Shown: in pieces, positions 22,147 through 34,610 of the stretch | How positions within the stretch are numbered: the stretch's first letter is position 1 | Layout of the letters: each line of letters begins with the position of its first letter | Position numbers and translations under genes: made by a program | Notes under the pieces: generated by a model | What the model was told of the DNA's origin: nothing | Databases searched by the model: none | What the model saw: the letters and a program-made list of their open reading frames with translations, nothing else | Source: an uncultured Chloroflexia bacterium | Lineage (GTDB): Bacteria; Chloroflexota; Limnocylindria; Limnocylindrales; CSP1-4 | Assembly (NCBI GenBank): GCA_963720495.1 | Contig: CAVRFU010000004.1 | Span: 295,900 to 359,899, forward strand | DNA: 64,000 nucleotides | Direction of reading: 5' to 3'

Positions 22147-23162
22147 GCGTCGACCTCGCCCCGTATCTCGATGCCGTCCCGCAGGCCGTCGTGGACCGCC
22201 TGACGAAGGCTCGCCGCGTGCTCGCGGTCAGCCACGAGAACCCCGACGCGGACACGGTCGGCGCCACGCTCGGCGTCGTCCGGCTGGTGGAGGCGCTGGG
22301 CGGTCAGGCCGACGCCGTCTGCACGGATCCCGTCCCGCCGCTGTACGACTTCATCGACGGCGTGGACCGCTTCCGGACCGACCCGGACGAGACCGCCGAC
22401 TACGACCTGCTGGTCATCTCCGACTGCGGCTCGCTCGAGCGGATCGGCGAGGTCGCGGCCCGGCACGCGGACCTCTTCGAGCGGCTGCCGCGCGTCATCA
22501 TCGACCACCATGCCTCGAACGACGCCGCCGGCGAGGCGGACTGGATCGACCCGGGCGCTGCGGCGACCTGCGAGATGGTCACGATCCTCGCCGCCCGGCT
22601 CGGGTTCGGCCTCGACCTGGGCGACGGCGCGATGGCGGCCGCGCTGATGGCCGGCATCGTGATGGACACGGCCACCTTCGCCCACCCCAACGCCACCCCG
22701 CGGACGCTGGTCGTCTCGGCCGCCCTGGTCGAGGCCGGGGCACCGCTGTCGGACATCTCGCGGCGGCTCTATCGGACCAAGCCGGAGGCCCAGCTGCGCC
22801 TGTTCGGCGTCGTCCTGGCCCGGCTCGAGAGCGCGGACGACGGCCGGATCGTGTGGTCGAGCATCACCGATGCCGACATCGCCGCGACCGGCGCCGATCG
22901 CGCGCACAGCGAGGGCATCATCGACCTGCTGTCGCAGGCCGAGGCGGCCGAGGTCGCGATCGTCTTCAAGCAGTCCGGCAAGGCCACCCGGGTCAGCGTC
23001 CGGACCAAGCCCGGCGGCGTCGACGCGACCGTCCTCACCGGCAGGTTCGGGGGCGGTGGCCACGCGCGAGCCGCCGGCGCGTCGATCGAGGCGCCGCTCG
23101 AAGACGCCCGGCCGCCCGTCCTCGCGGAGGCGACCCGGCTCGTCGCCGCGCTCGGTCGCTGA
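22143..23162 (+). CDS. nrnA: DHH-family phosphoesterase NrnA (bifunctional oligoribonuclease/pAp phosphatase)
   Basis: VLAVSHENPDADTVGATLG...VIIDHHASND...GGGGHARAAGA. The start overlaps the rbfA stop in an ATGA arrangement. Confidence 0.8.
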   Translation: MSVDLAPYLDAVPQAVVDRLTKARRVLAVSHENPDADTVGATLGVVRLVEALGGQADAVCTDPVPPLYDFIDGVDRFRTDPDETADYDLLVISDCGSLERIGEVAARHADLFERLPRVIIDHHASNDAAGEADWIDPGAAATCEMVTILAARLGFGLDLGDGAMAAALMAGIVMDTATFAHPNATPRTLVVSAALVEAGAPLSDISRRLYRTKPEAQLRLFGVVLARLESADDGRIVWSSITDADIAATGADRAHSEGIIDLLSQAEAAEVAIVFKQSGKATRVSVRTKPGGVDATVLTGRFGGGGHARAAGASIEAPLEDARPPVLAEATRLVAALGR

Positions 23163-23164
23163 GC

Positions 23165-24121
23165 GTGGCGCGCTCCTCGCTGGGACCCGGTCTCGACGGC
23201 ATCATCGTCATCGCCAAGCCCGCCGGCCCGACGTCGCACGACATCGTCGCCCTGGTCAGGCGATTGGCCGCGACGAAGCGCGTCGGCCACGGCGGGACGC
23301 TCGATCCGTTCGCGTCCGGCGTGCTGCCGGTCTTCCTGGGCCACGCCACGCGCGTCGTGGAGTACCACCTCGGCGATCGCAAGGCCTACCGCGCCACGGT
23401 CTGCTTCGGGGCCTCGTCCACGACGGACGACCTCGAAGGCGAGCTGACCCCCGCACCCGCCGGCAGCGCTCCGACCCGCGAGACGATCGAGGCGGCCCTG
23501 CCCGGTCTCATCGGCACGATCTCGCAGCGCCCGCCGGCCTACAGCGCGATCAAGGTCGGAGGCCGCCGGGCCTACGCCATGGCGCGCGCGGGCGAGACCG
23601 TGGAGCTCGCCGAACGCGAGGTGACGATCCACGGGCTCGACATCGTGTCCTGGGACGGCACGGACCCGGATCGCCCGATCGCGGTCATCGACGTCGCGTG
23701 CTCGGCCGGCACGTACATCCGGGCGCTGGCGCGCGACCTCGGCGAACGGGTCGGAAGCGCGGCCTACCTCGGGGCGCTGACCCGCACCGCGTCCGGTCCG
23801 TTCACGCTCGAGACGGCCCTTCCGCTCGACGACGTCCGTGCCGCCGCGGCGGAGAGTCCGGAGGGTCTCCTGCCGGTGCTCCAGCCGCTCGACACGGGGC
23901 TCGACGCGTTCCCGGTCGTCACGCTCACCGCGGACGAGGTCGCGGCGGTCGCTCGCGGCCAGTTCGTCCGTCCGGCGGGCGGCCTGCCCGGCCCCGCCGA
24001 GCACTATCGGCTGCGCGACGCCGGCGGGACGCTGGTCGCCATCGCCACGGCCACGGGCGGCCGGCTCGCGCCCGACAAGGTCTTCGTCGCGCCGGACCCG
24101 CGGCCGGCGCCGGTGGGCTGA
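23165..24121 (+). CDS. truB: tRNA pseudouridine(55) synthase
   Basis: DGIIVIAKPAGPTSHDIVALVRRL...GHGGTLDPFASGVLPV... contains the TruB catalytic Asp motif and a PUA-like C-terminus. Confidence 0.9.
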   Translation: MARSSLGPGLDGIIVIAKPAGPTSHDIVALVRRLAATKRVGHGGTLDPFASGVLPVFLGHATRVVEYHLGDRKAYRATVCFGASSTTDDLEGELTPAPAGSAPTRETIEAALPGLIGTISQRPPAYSAIKVGGRRAYAMARAGETVELAEREVTIHGLDIVSWDGTDPDRPIAVIDVACSAGTYIRALARDLGERVGSAAYLGALTRTASGPFTLETALPLDDVRAAAAESPEGLLPVLQPLDTGLDAFPVVTLTADEVAAVARGQFVRPAGGLPGPAEHYRLRDAGGTLVAIATATGGRLAPDKVFVAPDPRPAPVG

Positions 24122-24128
24122 GCCCGGG

Positions 24129-24882
24129 ATGCACGTCGTCGAAGGGATCGACGGGCTGCGCCCGGACCTCGGTCCCGATCTTCGTGGTCGTCGGCGTGTT
24201 CGACGGGATGCATCTCGGCCACGCCTACCTCCTCGAGCATCTCGTCGCCGAGGCTCGGACGCGCGACGCCCGGCCGACCGTCATCACCTTCGATCACCAT
24301 CCGGACGAGGTCCTGCGGGGCACCGCGCCGGCCCTCCTGCTCGACGCGGGCGAACGGCTCGAACGACTCGCCGCCGCGGGCGTCGAGGTCACGGTCGTCC
24401 AGCACTTCGACGAGACGCTGCGGCAGACTCCCTACGACGCGTTCGTGGAGCGCATCCGCGCCCGGGTCCGGCTGAGCGGCATCCTGATGACGCCGGACGC
24501 GGCCTTCGGCTACGAGCGACGGGGCACGCCGGCGAGCCTCGCCGCGCTGGGCGACCGCGACGGGTTCGATGTCGTGGTCGTGCCGCCGTTCACCCTCGAC
24601 GGCCAGGACGTCCGGAGCTCGGCGATCCGGGCCGCGATCGTGGCCGGCGACCTGGCCGGTGCCGCGCGCCTCCTCGGCCGGCCGGTGACGATCACCGGTG
24701 CGGTCGCCGGCGCGCCCGATGGTCGGTCGCGGCTCGATTTCGCCCTGCCGGTCGCGCTCCCGCCGGACGGCGAGTACGCGGTCCGCGTGGACGGGGAAGC
24801 CACCACGCTGACGGTCAGCGACGGCGCCGTCCATCTGACGGGCAGCTACCCGGAGACGCGCCGCGTCACCGTCGATCTCTGA
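24129..24882 (+). CDS. ribF: Riboflavin kinase / FMN adenylyltransferase (+1 frame disruption near 24172)
   Basis: MHVVEGIDGLRPDLGP reads in frame 0. VPIFVVVGVFDGMHLGHAYLLEHL...RLSGILMTPDAAFGYER...GEYAVRVDG reads in frame 1. Confidence 0.85.
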
Positions 24883-24893
24883 GCGGGTCCGGG

Positions 24894-25109
24894 TCAGCCG
24901 CCGAGGATCTCCGGAGCAGCGTCGGGGTTCCTCGCCCCGCCGGCGGGCTCGTCGATGCGATCGCCGGCCTCCCACGCCGGCTCGCCGGTCTTGTGGTGAC
25001 GCTCGCGGCCGGCCTCGCGCCGGTCGTGCCGCGACCCGGTCGCCTTGGGAGCGGGGGCCGGCGCCGGCCCCTTGGAGAACGCACCGCGGATCCGGTCGAG
25101 CAGGGACAT
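24894..25109 (-). CDS. Small hypothetical protein (71 aa) translationally coupled (ATGA) to the upstream adenosyltransferase gene
   Basis: [71 protein letters not shown]. Its start codon overlaps the stop of the PduO-type gene. Confidence 0.35.
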   Translation of the reverse strand: MSLLDRIRGAFSKGPAPAPAPKATGSRHDRREAGRERHHKTGEPAWEAGDRIDEPAGGARNPDAAPEILGG

Positions 25110-25672
25110 CAGGCGCCGGGCCTCCAGAGCGGTTCGGCCACGCCGGCCTCGTGGTTCTCGTAGCGAGCCATGACGAACAGGGCGTCCGACAGCCGGTTGA
25201 GGTAGGGGAGGACGGTCGGCCCGATGGCCTCGTCGCGGGCCAGGCCGGTCGCCTCGCGCTCCGCCCGTCGGCAGATCGTCCGGGCGACGTGCAGCTGGGC
25301 CGCCCCGAGCGATCCACCCGGCAGCAGGAAGTTGGCGAGCGGACCGACCACCTCGTTGAGCTCGTCGATCAGCCGTTCGAGCTTCTCGATGTGGCGGGTC
25401 TCGACGGTCGGGACCGGGTGGCGCGCCTGGCTTTCGGCCGGCGTCGCCAGGTCGGACCCGAGGTCGAACAGCTCGTTCTGGATGAGCGGCAGCTCCGCGG
25501 CCAGGCGCTCGCACAGCCCGGTCGCCAGCGCGACCCCGATCTGCGAGTTGAGCTCGTCGACCGTGCCGTAGGTGGTCACGCGCCGGGAGTCCTTGGGCAC
25601 GCGCTGGCCGCCACCGAGCCCGGTCAGGCCCTCGTCCCCGGTCCGGGTGTAGATCTTGGTCAGACGCGGCAT
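25109..25672 (-). CDS. ATP:cob(I)alamin adenosyltransferase, PduO-type (MMAB family)
   Basis: [48 protein letters not shown] is the PduO-type N-terminal signature. Met 9 of the ORF was taken as the start. Confidence 0.8.
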   Translation of the reverse strand: MPRLTKIYTRTGDEGLTGLGGGQRVPKDSRRVTTYGTVDELNSQIGVALATGLCERLAAELPLIQNELFDLGSDLATPAESQARHPVPTVETRHIEKLERLIDELNEVVGPLANFLLPGGSLGAAQLHVARTICRRAEREATGLARDEAIGPTVLPYLNRLSDALFVMARYENHEAGVAEPLWRPGA

Positions 25673-25743
25673 CGAACCATCGTCCCACACGGGCAACGGG
25701 CTTGTGGCACGCGCCGGTGACGGGCGGTCCGGAGCCCCGGCAT

Positions 25744-25772
25744 TTGCCGCATCACGCTCAGCCTGCTACCAT
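25744..25772 (+). promoter_or_regulatory. Putative rpsO promoter: TTGCCG, 17 nt, extended -10 TGcTACCAT
   Basis: Canonical spacing; it lies 57 nt upstream of the rpsO GTG, which is preceded by GGAGGA. Confidence 0.45.
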
Positions 25773-25828
25773 CCGTCGGTCATACAAACGGAAGACATCG
25801 CATCACCACGTCGTGTTCGGAGGAACGA

Positions 25829-26098
25829 GTGCCGCTCGCGCGGGAACAGAAGCAGGAGATCATCACCGGGTTTGCCACCATGGAAGGTGACACCGGATCG
25901 CCGGAAGTCCAGGTCGCGCTCCTGACGGAGCGGATCAAGGAGCTGACCGAGCATCTCAAGCGCTTCCCCAAGGACAACCATTCGCGCCGCGGCCTCCTCA
26001 AGCTCGTCGGCCAGCGCCGCCGCCTTCTCGCCTACCTGATGAAGAAGGACAGCGCGCGCTACCGGGTCGTCATCGGACGGCTCGGACTCCGCCGCTAG
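25829..26098 (+). CDS. rpsO: 30S ribosomal protein S15
   Basis: [68 protein letters not shown]. Confidence 0.95.
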   Translation: MPLAREQKQEIITGFATMEGDTGSPEVQVALLTERIKELTEHLKRFPKDNHSRRGLLKLVGQRRRLLAYLMKKDSARYRVVIGRLGLRR

Positions 26099-26112
26099 GC
26101 GTCGCCGCCCCT

Positions 26113-26136
26113 GGACCCCGGCACAGACCGGGGTCC
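26113..26136 (+). promoter_or_regulatory. Stable hairpin in the rpsO-pnp intergenic region (GGACCCCGG-cacaga-CCGGGGTCC)
   Basis: 9-bp perfect stem with a 6-nt loop, 15 nt after the rpsO stop and with no U-tract. This is the position of the rpsO terminator/RNase III-processed pnp leader hairpin known in other bacteria. Confidence 0.45.
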
Positions 26137-26219
26137 GAGTGTATCCGGCGCCCATGGCCCAGTCGGCCGACCTGCCCGCAGGTCGTCGCCTCCTCCACGA
26201 CCAAGGAGGAGTAGTTCAC

Positions 26220-28802
<2,583 letters not shown>

Positions 28803-28840
28803 CCGTCGGGCCAAGACCCCGATCGATCCAGCGAACCGAG

Positions 28841-28870
28841 GCCGCCGGGAGACCGGCGGCTTCGCCGTTT
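28841..28870 (+). terminator. Intrinsic terminator after pnp (GCCGCCGG-gaga-CCGGCGGC followed by TTCGCCGTTTCC)
   Basis: 8-bp GC stem with a 4-nt loop and a T-rich tail, 39 nt after the pnp stop. Confidence 0.5.
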
Positions 28871-28924
28871 CCGGCGCAGATCACGCGTCCACGAGAACGT
28901 CGCGACAATTGAAGCGAAATTGCA

Positions 28925-28953
28925 TTGACGAGCCTCCGCTGCACTCCTATAGT
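28925..28953 (+). promoter_or_regulatory. Promoter for the ABC substrate-binding protein gene: TTGACG, 17 nt, TATAGT, with an AT-rich UP-like element upstream
   Basis: Near-consensus sigma70-type hexamers at canonical spacing in an otherwise ~70% GC context, 47 nt upstream of ATG 29000. Confidence 0.55.
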
Positions 28954-28999
28954 CGGGCGGCCCAGTAGCAGGCGCCCCAGGGATCTCGGAGGAGGGACC

Positions 29000-30676
29000 A
29001 TGCGGACACGCGGCCTCGCGATGCTCACGGTGGCGTTGCTCGCCTTCTCGGCGTGCAACTCGGCCGCCGCTCCAAGTGTCACCACAGCTCCACCGCCTAG
29101 CACGGCGCCCGCAGCGAGCGCACCGGCGACAAGCGCCGCGCCGTCGACGGCGGCCGGCGGCGGCGTCACGGACACGCTCCAGATCCACTGGCTCGGCGAC
29201 CTGACGGCGATCTGGCACCCGGCCTCGCAGGAGACCTTCAGCCAGGCCGTCAACTTCCAGCTCATGTTCGACAAGCTGCTCGAGCGGAAGTGGGACGGCG
29301 ACACCTGGAAGCCGGTCCCCGACCTCGCCGACACGTGGGACGTCAGCCCCGACGGCCTGACCTGGACGTTCCATCTCCATCCGGGCGTCAAGTGGCACGA
29401 CGGTCAGCCGTTCACGGCCAACGACGTCGCGTTCACGGTCAGCCGCGCACTCCTGAACACGCACCGCAACCCGCAGAACGCCTGGGCCGCCGTCGTCGGC
29501 GTCGACAAGGTGACCGACCCGAACGCGATCGCCTCCGGCGTCAAGGTCATCGACGACAACACGATCTCGCTCACGATCGGCGCCCCGAACGCGGACTTCA
29601 TCAGCGACCTGACCGACCCGTCGGCGTTCATCGTGCCGCAGCACATCCTCAAGGACACCGATCCGAAGGCGGTCGAGACGATCGAGTTCTCGACGACGAA
29701 GCCGATCGGAACGGGCCCGTACAAGTTCGTCAAGTACGAGACCGACCAGTACAGCCAGTTCGAAGCGAACCCGGACTACTTCCAGGGCGCCCCGAAGATC
29801 AAGAACATCTTCGTCAAGCGGCTCCTGGGTGACCAGGCGATCGCCCAGCTCGAATCGGGCGACCTGGACCTGTCGGTCCGGCTGAACCCGGCCGAGCAGG
29901 GACGCCTCGAGAAGGCGCCGAACCTCGACGTGCTGTCCACGTCAGGCGTCGGGACCTATGGCCCGTACATGAACCTGCTCTCGCTGACCGACGTGAAGAC
30001 CCGTGAGGCCATCGCACGGGGCGTCGACGCGCAGGGGATCATCGACTCCATCTACGGCGGGGCCGGGCACATCAACAGGGGCGTCCTGCCCGGGATGCCG
30101 GCCGCCGACGACCAGGTGTTCTTCGACTACGACCCGGTCAAGGCCAAGGAGCTCCTCGACGCATCGTCGTGGGACAAGAGCAAGCCTCTCCGGATCGTCT
30201 TCGACAAGTCGTTCGCCGGTGTCGAGCAGTGGACCCCGATCATGCAGCAGAACCTCGAGGCCATCGGCTTCAAGGTCGAGCTCATGGGGCTGGACACGAC
30301 GGCCGCCATCGAGGCGTACGACAAGATCGACACGTACGACGTCACCATCGCCCAGGGCGGCGCCCAGGGCGTCGGGCCGTTCCAGTCGCAGATCTACTTC
30401 AGCTGCAAGCAGACCGAGCCGGCCCACTTCAAGACGTATTCGCGGAACTGCGCCATCGACGATGGCTTCGTCGCCGCCCGCAAGGAGCTCGACCCCACCA
30501 AGCAGAACGAGATCTTCAAGAGCGTCAGCAAGCTGATCAACAACGAGATCGAGAAGGTCTCCTGGTGGACGACCAATGCGCTCAGCGCCAAGACCAAGCG
30601 TCTGCAGGGCGTCACGATCCCGCCTGACACGCGGGAGTTCATCACCGGCGTCCAGAATTGGATCCTCACCCCGTAA
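29000..30676 (+). CDS. ABC transporter substrate-binding lipoprotein, family 5 (peptide/nickel DppA/OppA-like)
   Basis: Signal peptide with lipobox LLAFSACNS followed by a family-5 SBP fold (...DLADTWDVSPDGLTWTFHLHPGVKWHDGQPFTANDV...). RBS GGAGGGA. Confidence 0.85.
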   Translation: MRTRGLAMLTVALLAFSACNSAAAPSVTTAPPPSTAPAASAPATSAAPSTAAGGGVTDTLQIHWLGDLTAIWHPASQETFSQAVNFQLMFDKLLERKWDGDTWKPVPDLADTWDVSPDGLTWTFHLHPGVKWHDGQPFTANDVAFTVSRALLNTHRNPQNAWAAVVGVDKVTDPNAIASGVKVIDDNTISLTIGAPNADFISDLTDPSAFIVPQHILKDTDPKAVETIEFSTTKPIGTGPYKFVKYETDQYSQFEANPDYFQGAPKIKNIFVKRLLGDQAIAQLESGDLDLSVRLNPAEQGRLEKAPNLDVLSTSGVGTYGPYMNLLSLTDVKTREAIARGVDAQGIIDSIYGGAGHINRGVLPGMPAADDQVFFDYDPVKAKELLDASSWDKSKPLRIVFDKSFAGVEQWTPIMQQNLEAIGFKVELMGLDTTAAIEAYDKIDTYDVTIAQGGAQGVGPFQSQIYFSCKQTEPAHFKTYSRNCAIDDGFVAARKELDPTKQNEIFKSVSKLINNEIEKVSWWTTNALSAKTKRLQGVTIPPDTREFITGVQNWILTP

Positions 30677-30734
30677 CGCTCGCTTCGTGAGCGTGTCGAC
30701 CCACCGGCCGCCCCAGACCACCTGAGGCGGCCGG

Positions 30735-31713
30735 ATGTCGACCTATATCCTGCGGCGGATCCTGATCGCGTTCCCGGTCTTGCTGGGGATCACGATCGTG
30801 AGCTTCGTCGCGCTGTCGCTCGCGCCGGGAGACCCGCTGACCGCGCGCATGGATCCCACCTTGCTCGCCCAGCTCCAACGAAACCCACAGCTTCTCGCTG
30901 AGCGTCGGCACGAGCTCGGTCTCGACCAGCCCGTGCCCGTCCGGTACGCCATCTGGCTGGCCAGCGCCGTCCAGGGCGACCTCGGCTACTCGATCCAGTC
31001 ACACCGCCCGATCTCGGAGGAGATCGCCAAGCGCATCCCGCCGACCCTCGCCCTGATGATCGTCGCGATCCTGATCGCGATCCTCGTTGGCATACCCCTC
31101 GGGATCCTGTCGGCGCTCCGACCGTACTCGAAGGCCGACTACGGGATGACGACCTTGACGCTGGGCCTCTCGAGCGTGCCCACGTTCGTGCTGGGCCTCG
31201 GTGCGATCTACATCTTCGCGGTCTGGCTCAATGTCCTGCCGAGCGGCGGCATGCAGACGCTGGGCAAGCCCGGCTCGATCGTCGACTTCGGGACCCACCT
31301 GCTGCTGCCGGCGGTCGTCCTCGGACTCGCCAGCGCCGCCCCGCTGCTGCGCTACACCCGGGCGAGCATGCTCGAGGCGCTCAACGGCGAGTACGTCGTC
31401 GCCGCCAAGGCCAAGGGTCTGACTCCGAACACGGTCGTCGTCCGCCATGCATTCAGGAATTCGCTGATCCCGATCATCACCGTCATCGGCCTGCTGCTCC
31501 CCGAGCTCGTGGCCGGCGCCGTCATCACCGAGCAGATCTTCGCCTGGCCCGGGATGGGCCAGCTTGCGGTCCGTGCCGCCAGCGATCGCGATCCGGCGCT
31601 CATGATGGGCGTCGTGCTGATCATCGGCACGGCCGTGCTGGTCACGCAACATCCTCGTCGACGTCACGTACGCCCGTGCCGATCCCAGGGTCCACCTTGG
31701 CAGCGCGAGCTGA
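30735..31713 (+). CDS. ABC transporter permease, DppB-like (+1 frame disruption near 31645)
   Basis: MSTYILRRILIAFPVLLGITIVSFV... with the EAA-like loop (...AKAKGLTPNTVVVRHAFRNS...). The C-terminus NILVDVTYARADPRVHLGSAS is recovered in the shifted frame. Confidence 0.8.
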
Positions 31714-31729
31714 CGCGCCGGCGATCCCG

Positions 31730-32597
31730 GTGGTCGCAGTCGAGCATTTCTCGCCGAGGCGGGCGGCCCTGCGGCGGTTCGTGCGCCATCGGCTGGCCGT
31801 CGATCGGGATCGTGATCCTGTCGATGATCGTGCTGCTGGCCGTCTTCGCGGACCTCGTCTCCAGCAAGCCGTTCTACACGGACGTGCACGCCGTGAGCCA
31901 GCCGCCCAGCGCGCAGCACCTCCTTGGCACGGACCGGTCCGGGCGCGACGTCTGGGCCCGGGTCGTATACGGCGCGCGGACGTCACTGGTGGTCGGCCTC
32001 GGGGCGGTCGCGATCTACGTCGTGATCGGGACCGTGCTCGGCGGGATCTCCGGGTTGCGCGGTGGCCGGACGGATTTCCTGATCATGCGGGCCGTCGACA
32101 CGTTGATGAGCATCCCGACCCTGCTGCTCGTCATCGTGTTCGTGGCGGCAGTCGGCCCGAGCCTGTTCAGCGTCGTGGCGGTCATCGGGTTACTCGGCTG
32201 GCCCGGCGCGTGCCGGCTCGTTCGGGGTCAGATGCTGGGTCTGCGCGAGTCCGAGTACATCATGGCCGCCAGGGTGGTCGGCGTGAGCACGAGCGGGATC
32301 CTGTTCCGGCACCTGCTCCCGAACATCATGAGCTCGCTGGCGGTCCTGGCCACGTTCGGGGTCGCCAGCGCGATCATCCTCGAGGCGAGCCTGTCGTTCC
32401 TCGGCCTCGGCGTCAAGGTCCCGGTCCCGAGCTGGGGCGAGATGATCAACGCGGCCCAGTCGCCGACGGTCCTCATCGATACGCCCTGGCTGTGGATCGC
32501 GCCGGGCGTCGCGATCGCGCTCACGGTCCTGTCGGTCAACTTCATCGGCGACGGGCTACGGGACGCCCTCGACCCGCGCGCGGTCCGCCGCCGCTGA
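31730..32597 (+). CDS. ABC transporter permease, DppC-like (+1 frame disruption near 31805; start uncertain)
   Basis: LRRFVRHRLAV reads in frame 2, then GIVILSMIVLLAVFADLVSSKPFY...GTDRSGRDVWARVVYGARTSL... reads in frame 0. No cognate ATPase genes follow. Confidence 0.7.
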
Positions 32598-32683
32598 CGC
32601 TCCGCGGGCGGTGGCCGGAGGGCCCGCTGCTATACTCCGGCCGTGCCCGTACCTGCGAGAGAGCAAGCGGAGCCGTGTCCCTC

Positions 32684-33776
32684 ATGAACCGTCACCCCCT
32701 GACCGTCGCGGTCGTCGGTGCCACCGGCGCCGTCGGTCGGACGATGATCCAGATCCTCAACGAGCGGGAGTTCCCGGTCGCTGACTTGCGGCTGCTCGCC
32801 TCCGGGCGGTCGGCCGGTCGGACCGTGTCGATCGACGGTCGCACGCTCGAGATCGGCGAGGCCGTCCCCGAGGCATTCGAGGGGGTCGACATCGCGCTCT
32901 TCTCGGCCGGCGCCGGCGTGTCGCAGGAGCTCGCGCCCGCCGCCGTCGCCCAGGGCACGACCGTCATCGACAACTCGTCCGCGTGGCGGATGGACCCGAC
33001 CATCCCGCTGGTGGTCTCGCAGGTCAACGCGGCCGATCTCGAGGGTCATCCGGGGATCATCGCCAACCCGAACTGCTCGACCATGCAGATGGCGCCGGTG
33101 CTGATGGCGCTGCGCGATGCGGTCGGCCTCGAACGGGTGGTCGTCGACACCTACCAGTCCGTCTCGGGCACGGGCGCGGACGCGATGGCCGAGCTCGAGA
33201 GCCAGATCCGCGCTCACGCCGCCGGCGAGGCGCCGGTCGCGGCGGTCTACCCGCACCCGATCGCGTTCAACGCGCTCCCCGAGATCGACGTCTTCCTTCC
33301 CAACGGCTACACCAAGGAGGAGTGGAAGGTCGTCACCGAGAACCGCAAGATCCTCGGTCTGCCGGACCTCCGGATCAGCTGCACTGCCGTCCGGGTGCCG
33401 GTCTTCGTGAGCCACTCCGAGGCGATCCACGTCGAGACCCGCGCCCCGATCAGCCCGGAGCGGGCGCGCGAGCTGTTCGCCGCGGTGCCCGGGGTCGTCG
33501 TCCAGGACGATCCGGCCGAGCATCGCTACCCGCTCGCGACCGAGGCGGCCGGACACGACGAGATCTTCGTCGGCCGGATCCGGCGCGACCCATCCATCGC
33601 CGGCGACCGGGGCCTGGCCTTCTGGGTCGTCTCCGACAACCTGCGCAAGGGAGCCGCGACCAACGCGGTCGAGCTGGCCGAGATCCTCCACGAGCGTGGC
33701 TGGATCCCGAGCGCCTCGAGCCCGCGGCGCCCGGCCGTACCGGGCAGCAGCGAGCGACGCCGAGGCCACGGCGTGA
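32684..33776 (+). CDS. asd: Aspartate-semialdehyde dehydrogenase (3' end uncertain; no in-frame stop before the UDG gene)
   Basis: LTVAVVGATGAVGRTMIQIL...IANPNCSTMQM...DNLRKGAATNAVELAEIL. The promoter-like motif TGCTATACTCCG lies at 32628-32639. Confidence 0.8.
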
Positions 33777-34544
33777 CGGACGCCGGGCGCCAGTCGGCGC
33801 TCGAGGCGATCGCCGCCGAGGTCCGGGTCTGCACGAACTGCCGTCTGTCCCAGACCCGGACGCGGGCCGTCCCCGGCGAGGGCGACCCGGAGACCGAGGT
33901 CGTGTTCGTCGGCGAGGGCCCCGGCTTCAACGAGGACCGTGGCGGGCGGCCGTTCATCGGCCGGGCCGGCGACCTCCTCGTCAAGCTCCTCGGCGTCGAT
34001 CGGCTGGCGCCGCGAGGACGTGTTCATCACGAACGTCGTGAAGTGCCGGCCGCCTGACAACCGGGACCCGCAGCCCGACGAGATCGCCGCCTGCGCGCCG
34101 TACCTGCGCCGCCAGCTGGAGGTCCTCGATCCGGCCGTGATCGTCACGCTCGGGCGGTTCTCGATGGCGACCTTCATGCCCGGCGCCCGCATCTCCCAGG
34201 CGCACGGCACGGTCCGGCCGGTCGATCCCGCCACGGGCGCGGCGTCGGCGGTCGTGTTCGCGATGTACCACCCGGCCGCCGCCCTTCGGACACCCTCGAT
34301 CGAACGCGACAGCTACGCCGACATCGCGGCGGTCCCGACGACCCTGCTCGCGTCGCGCCGACGCCGGGAGGGCGCAGCGGCCGGTCCCGCCACAGAAACG
34401 ACGGATGCCGCCGCCGGGGCATGGCGACCGCGACCATCGAGCCACCGTCCGTCGAGCCGCCGCCTGCCTCCGATGCTCCAGCCACCCCTGATGCAGCCGA
34501 GCTCGACGCCGAGCTCACCCCGGAGGCCATGGACGCGGCCGTGA
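33773..34544 (+). CDS. Uracil-DNA glycosylase, family 4 (+1 frame disruption near 34010; C-terminus uncertain)
   Basis: VCTNCRLSQTRTRAVPGEGDPETEVVFVGEGPGFNEDRGGRPFIGRAGDLL reads in frame 2, then VFITNVVKCRPPDNRDP...AMYHPAAALR reads in frame 0. GTG 33773 would overlap a frame-0 TGA in a GTGA arrangement. Confidence 0.7.
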
Positions 34545-34610
34545 CGGTCACGAGTCCGGACGACGCCACACCACAGCTGACCCTCTTCTAACCCCCAACC
34601 AAGGACACCG

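Noticed and set aside
32630-34234. 534-aa minus-strand ORF
   Set aside because: It is antisense to asd and the UDG gene and is a shadow ORF.
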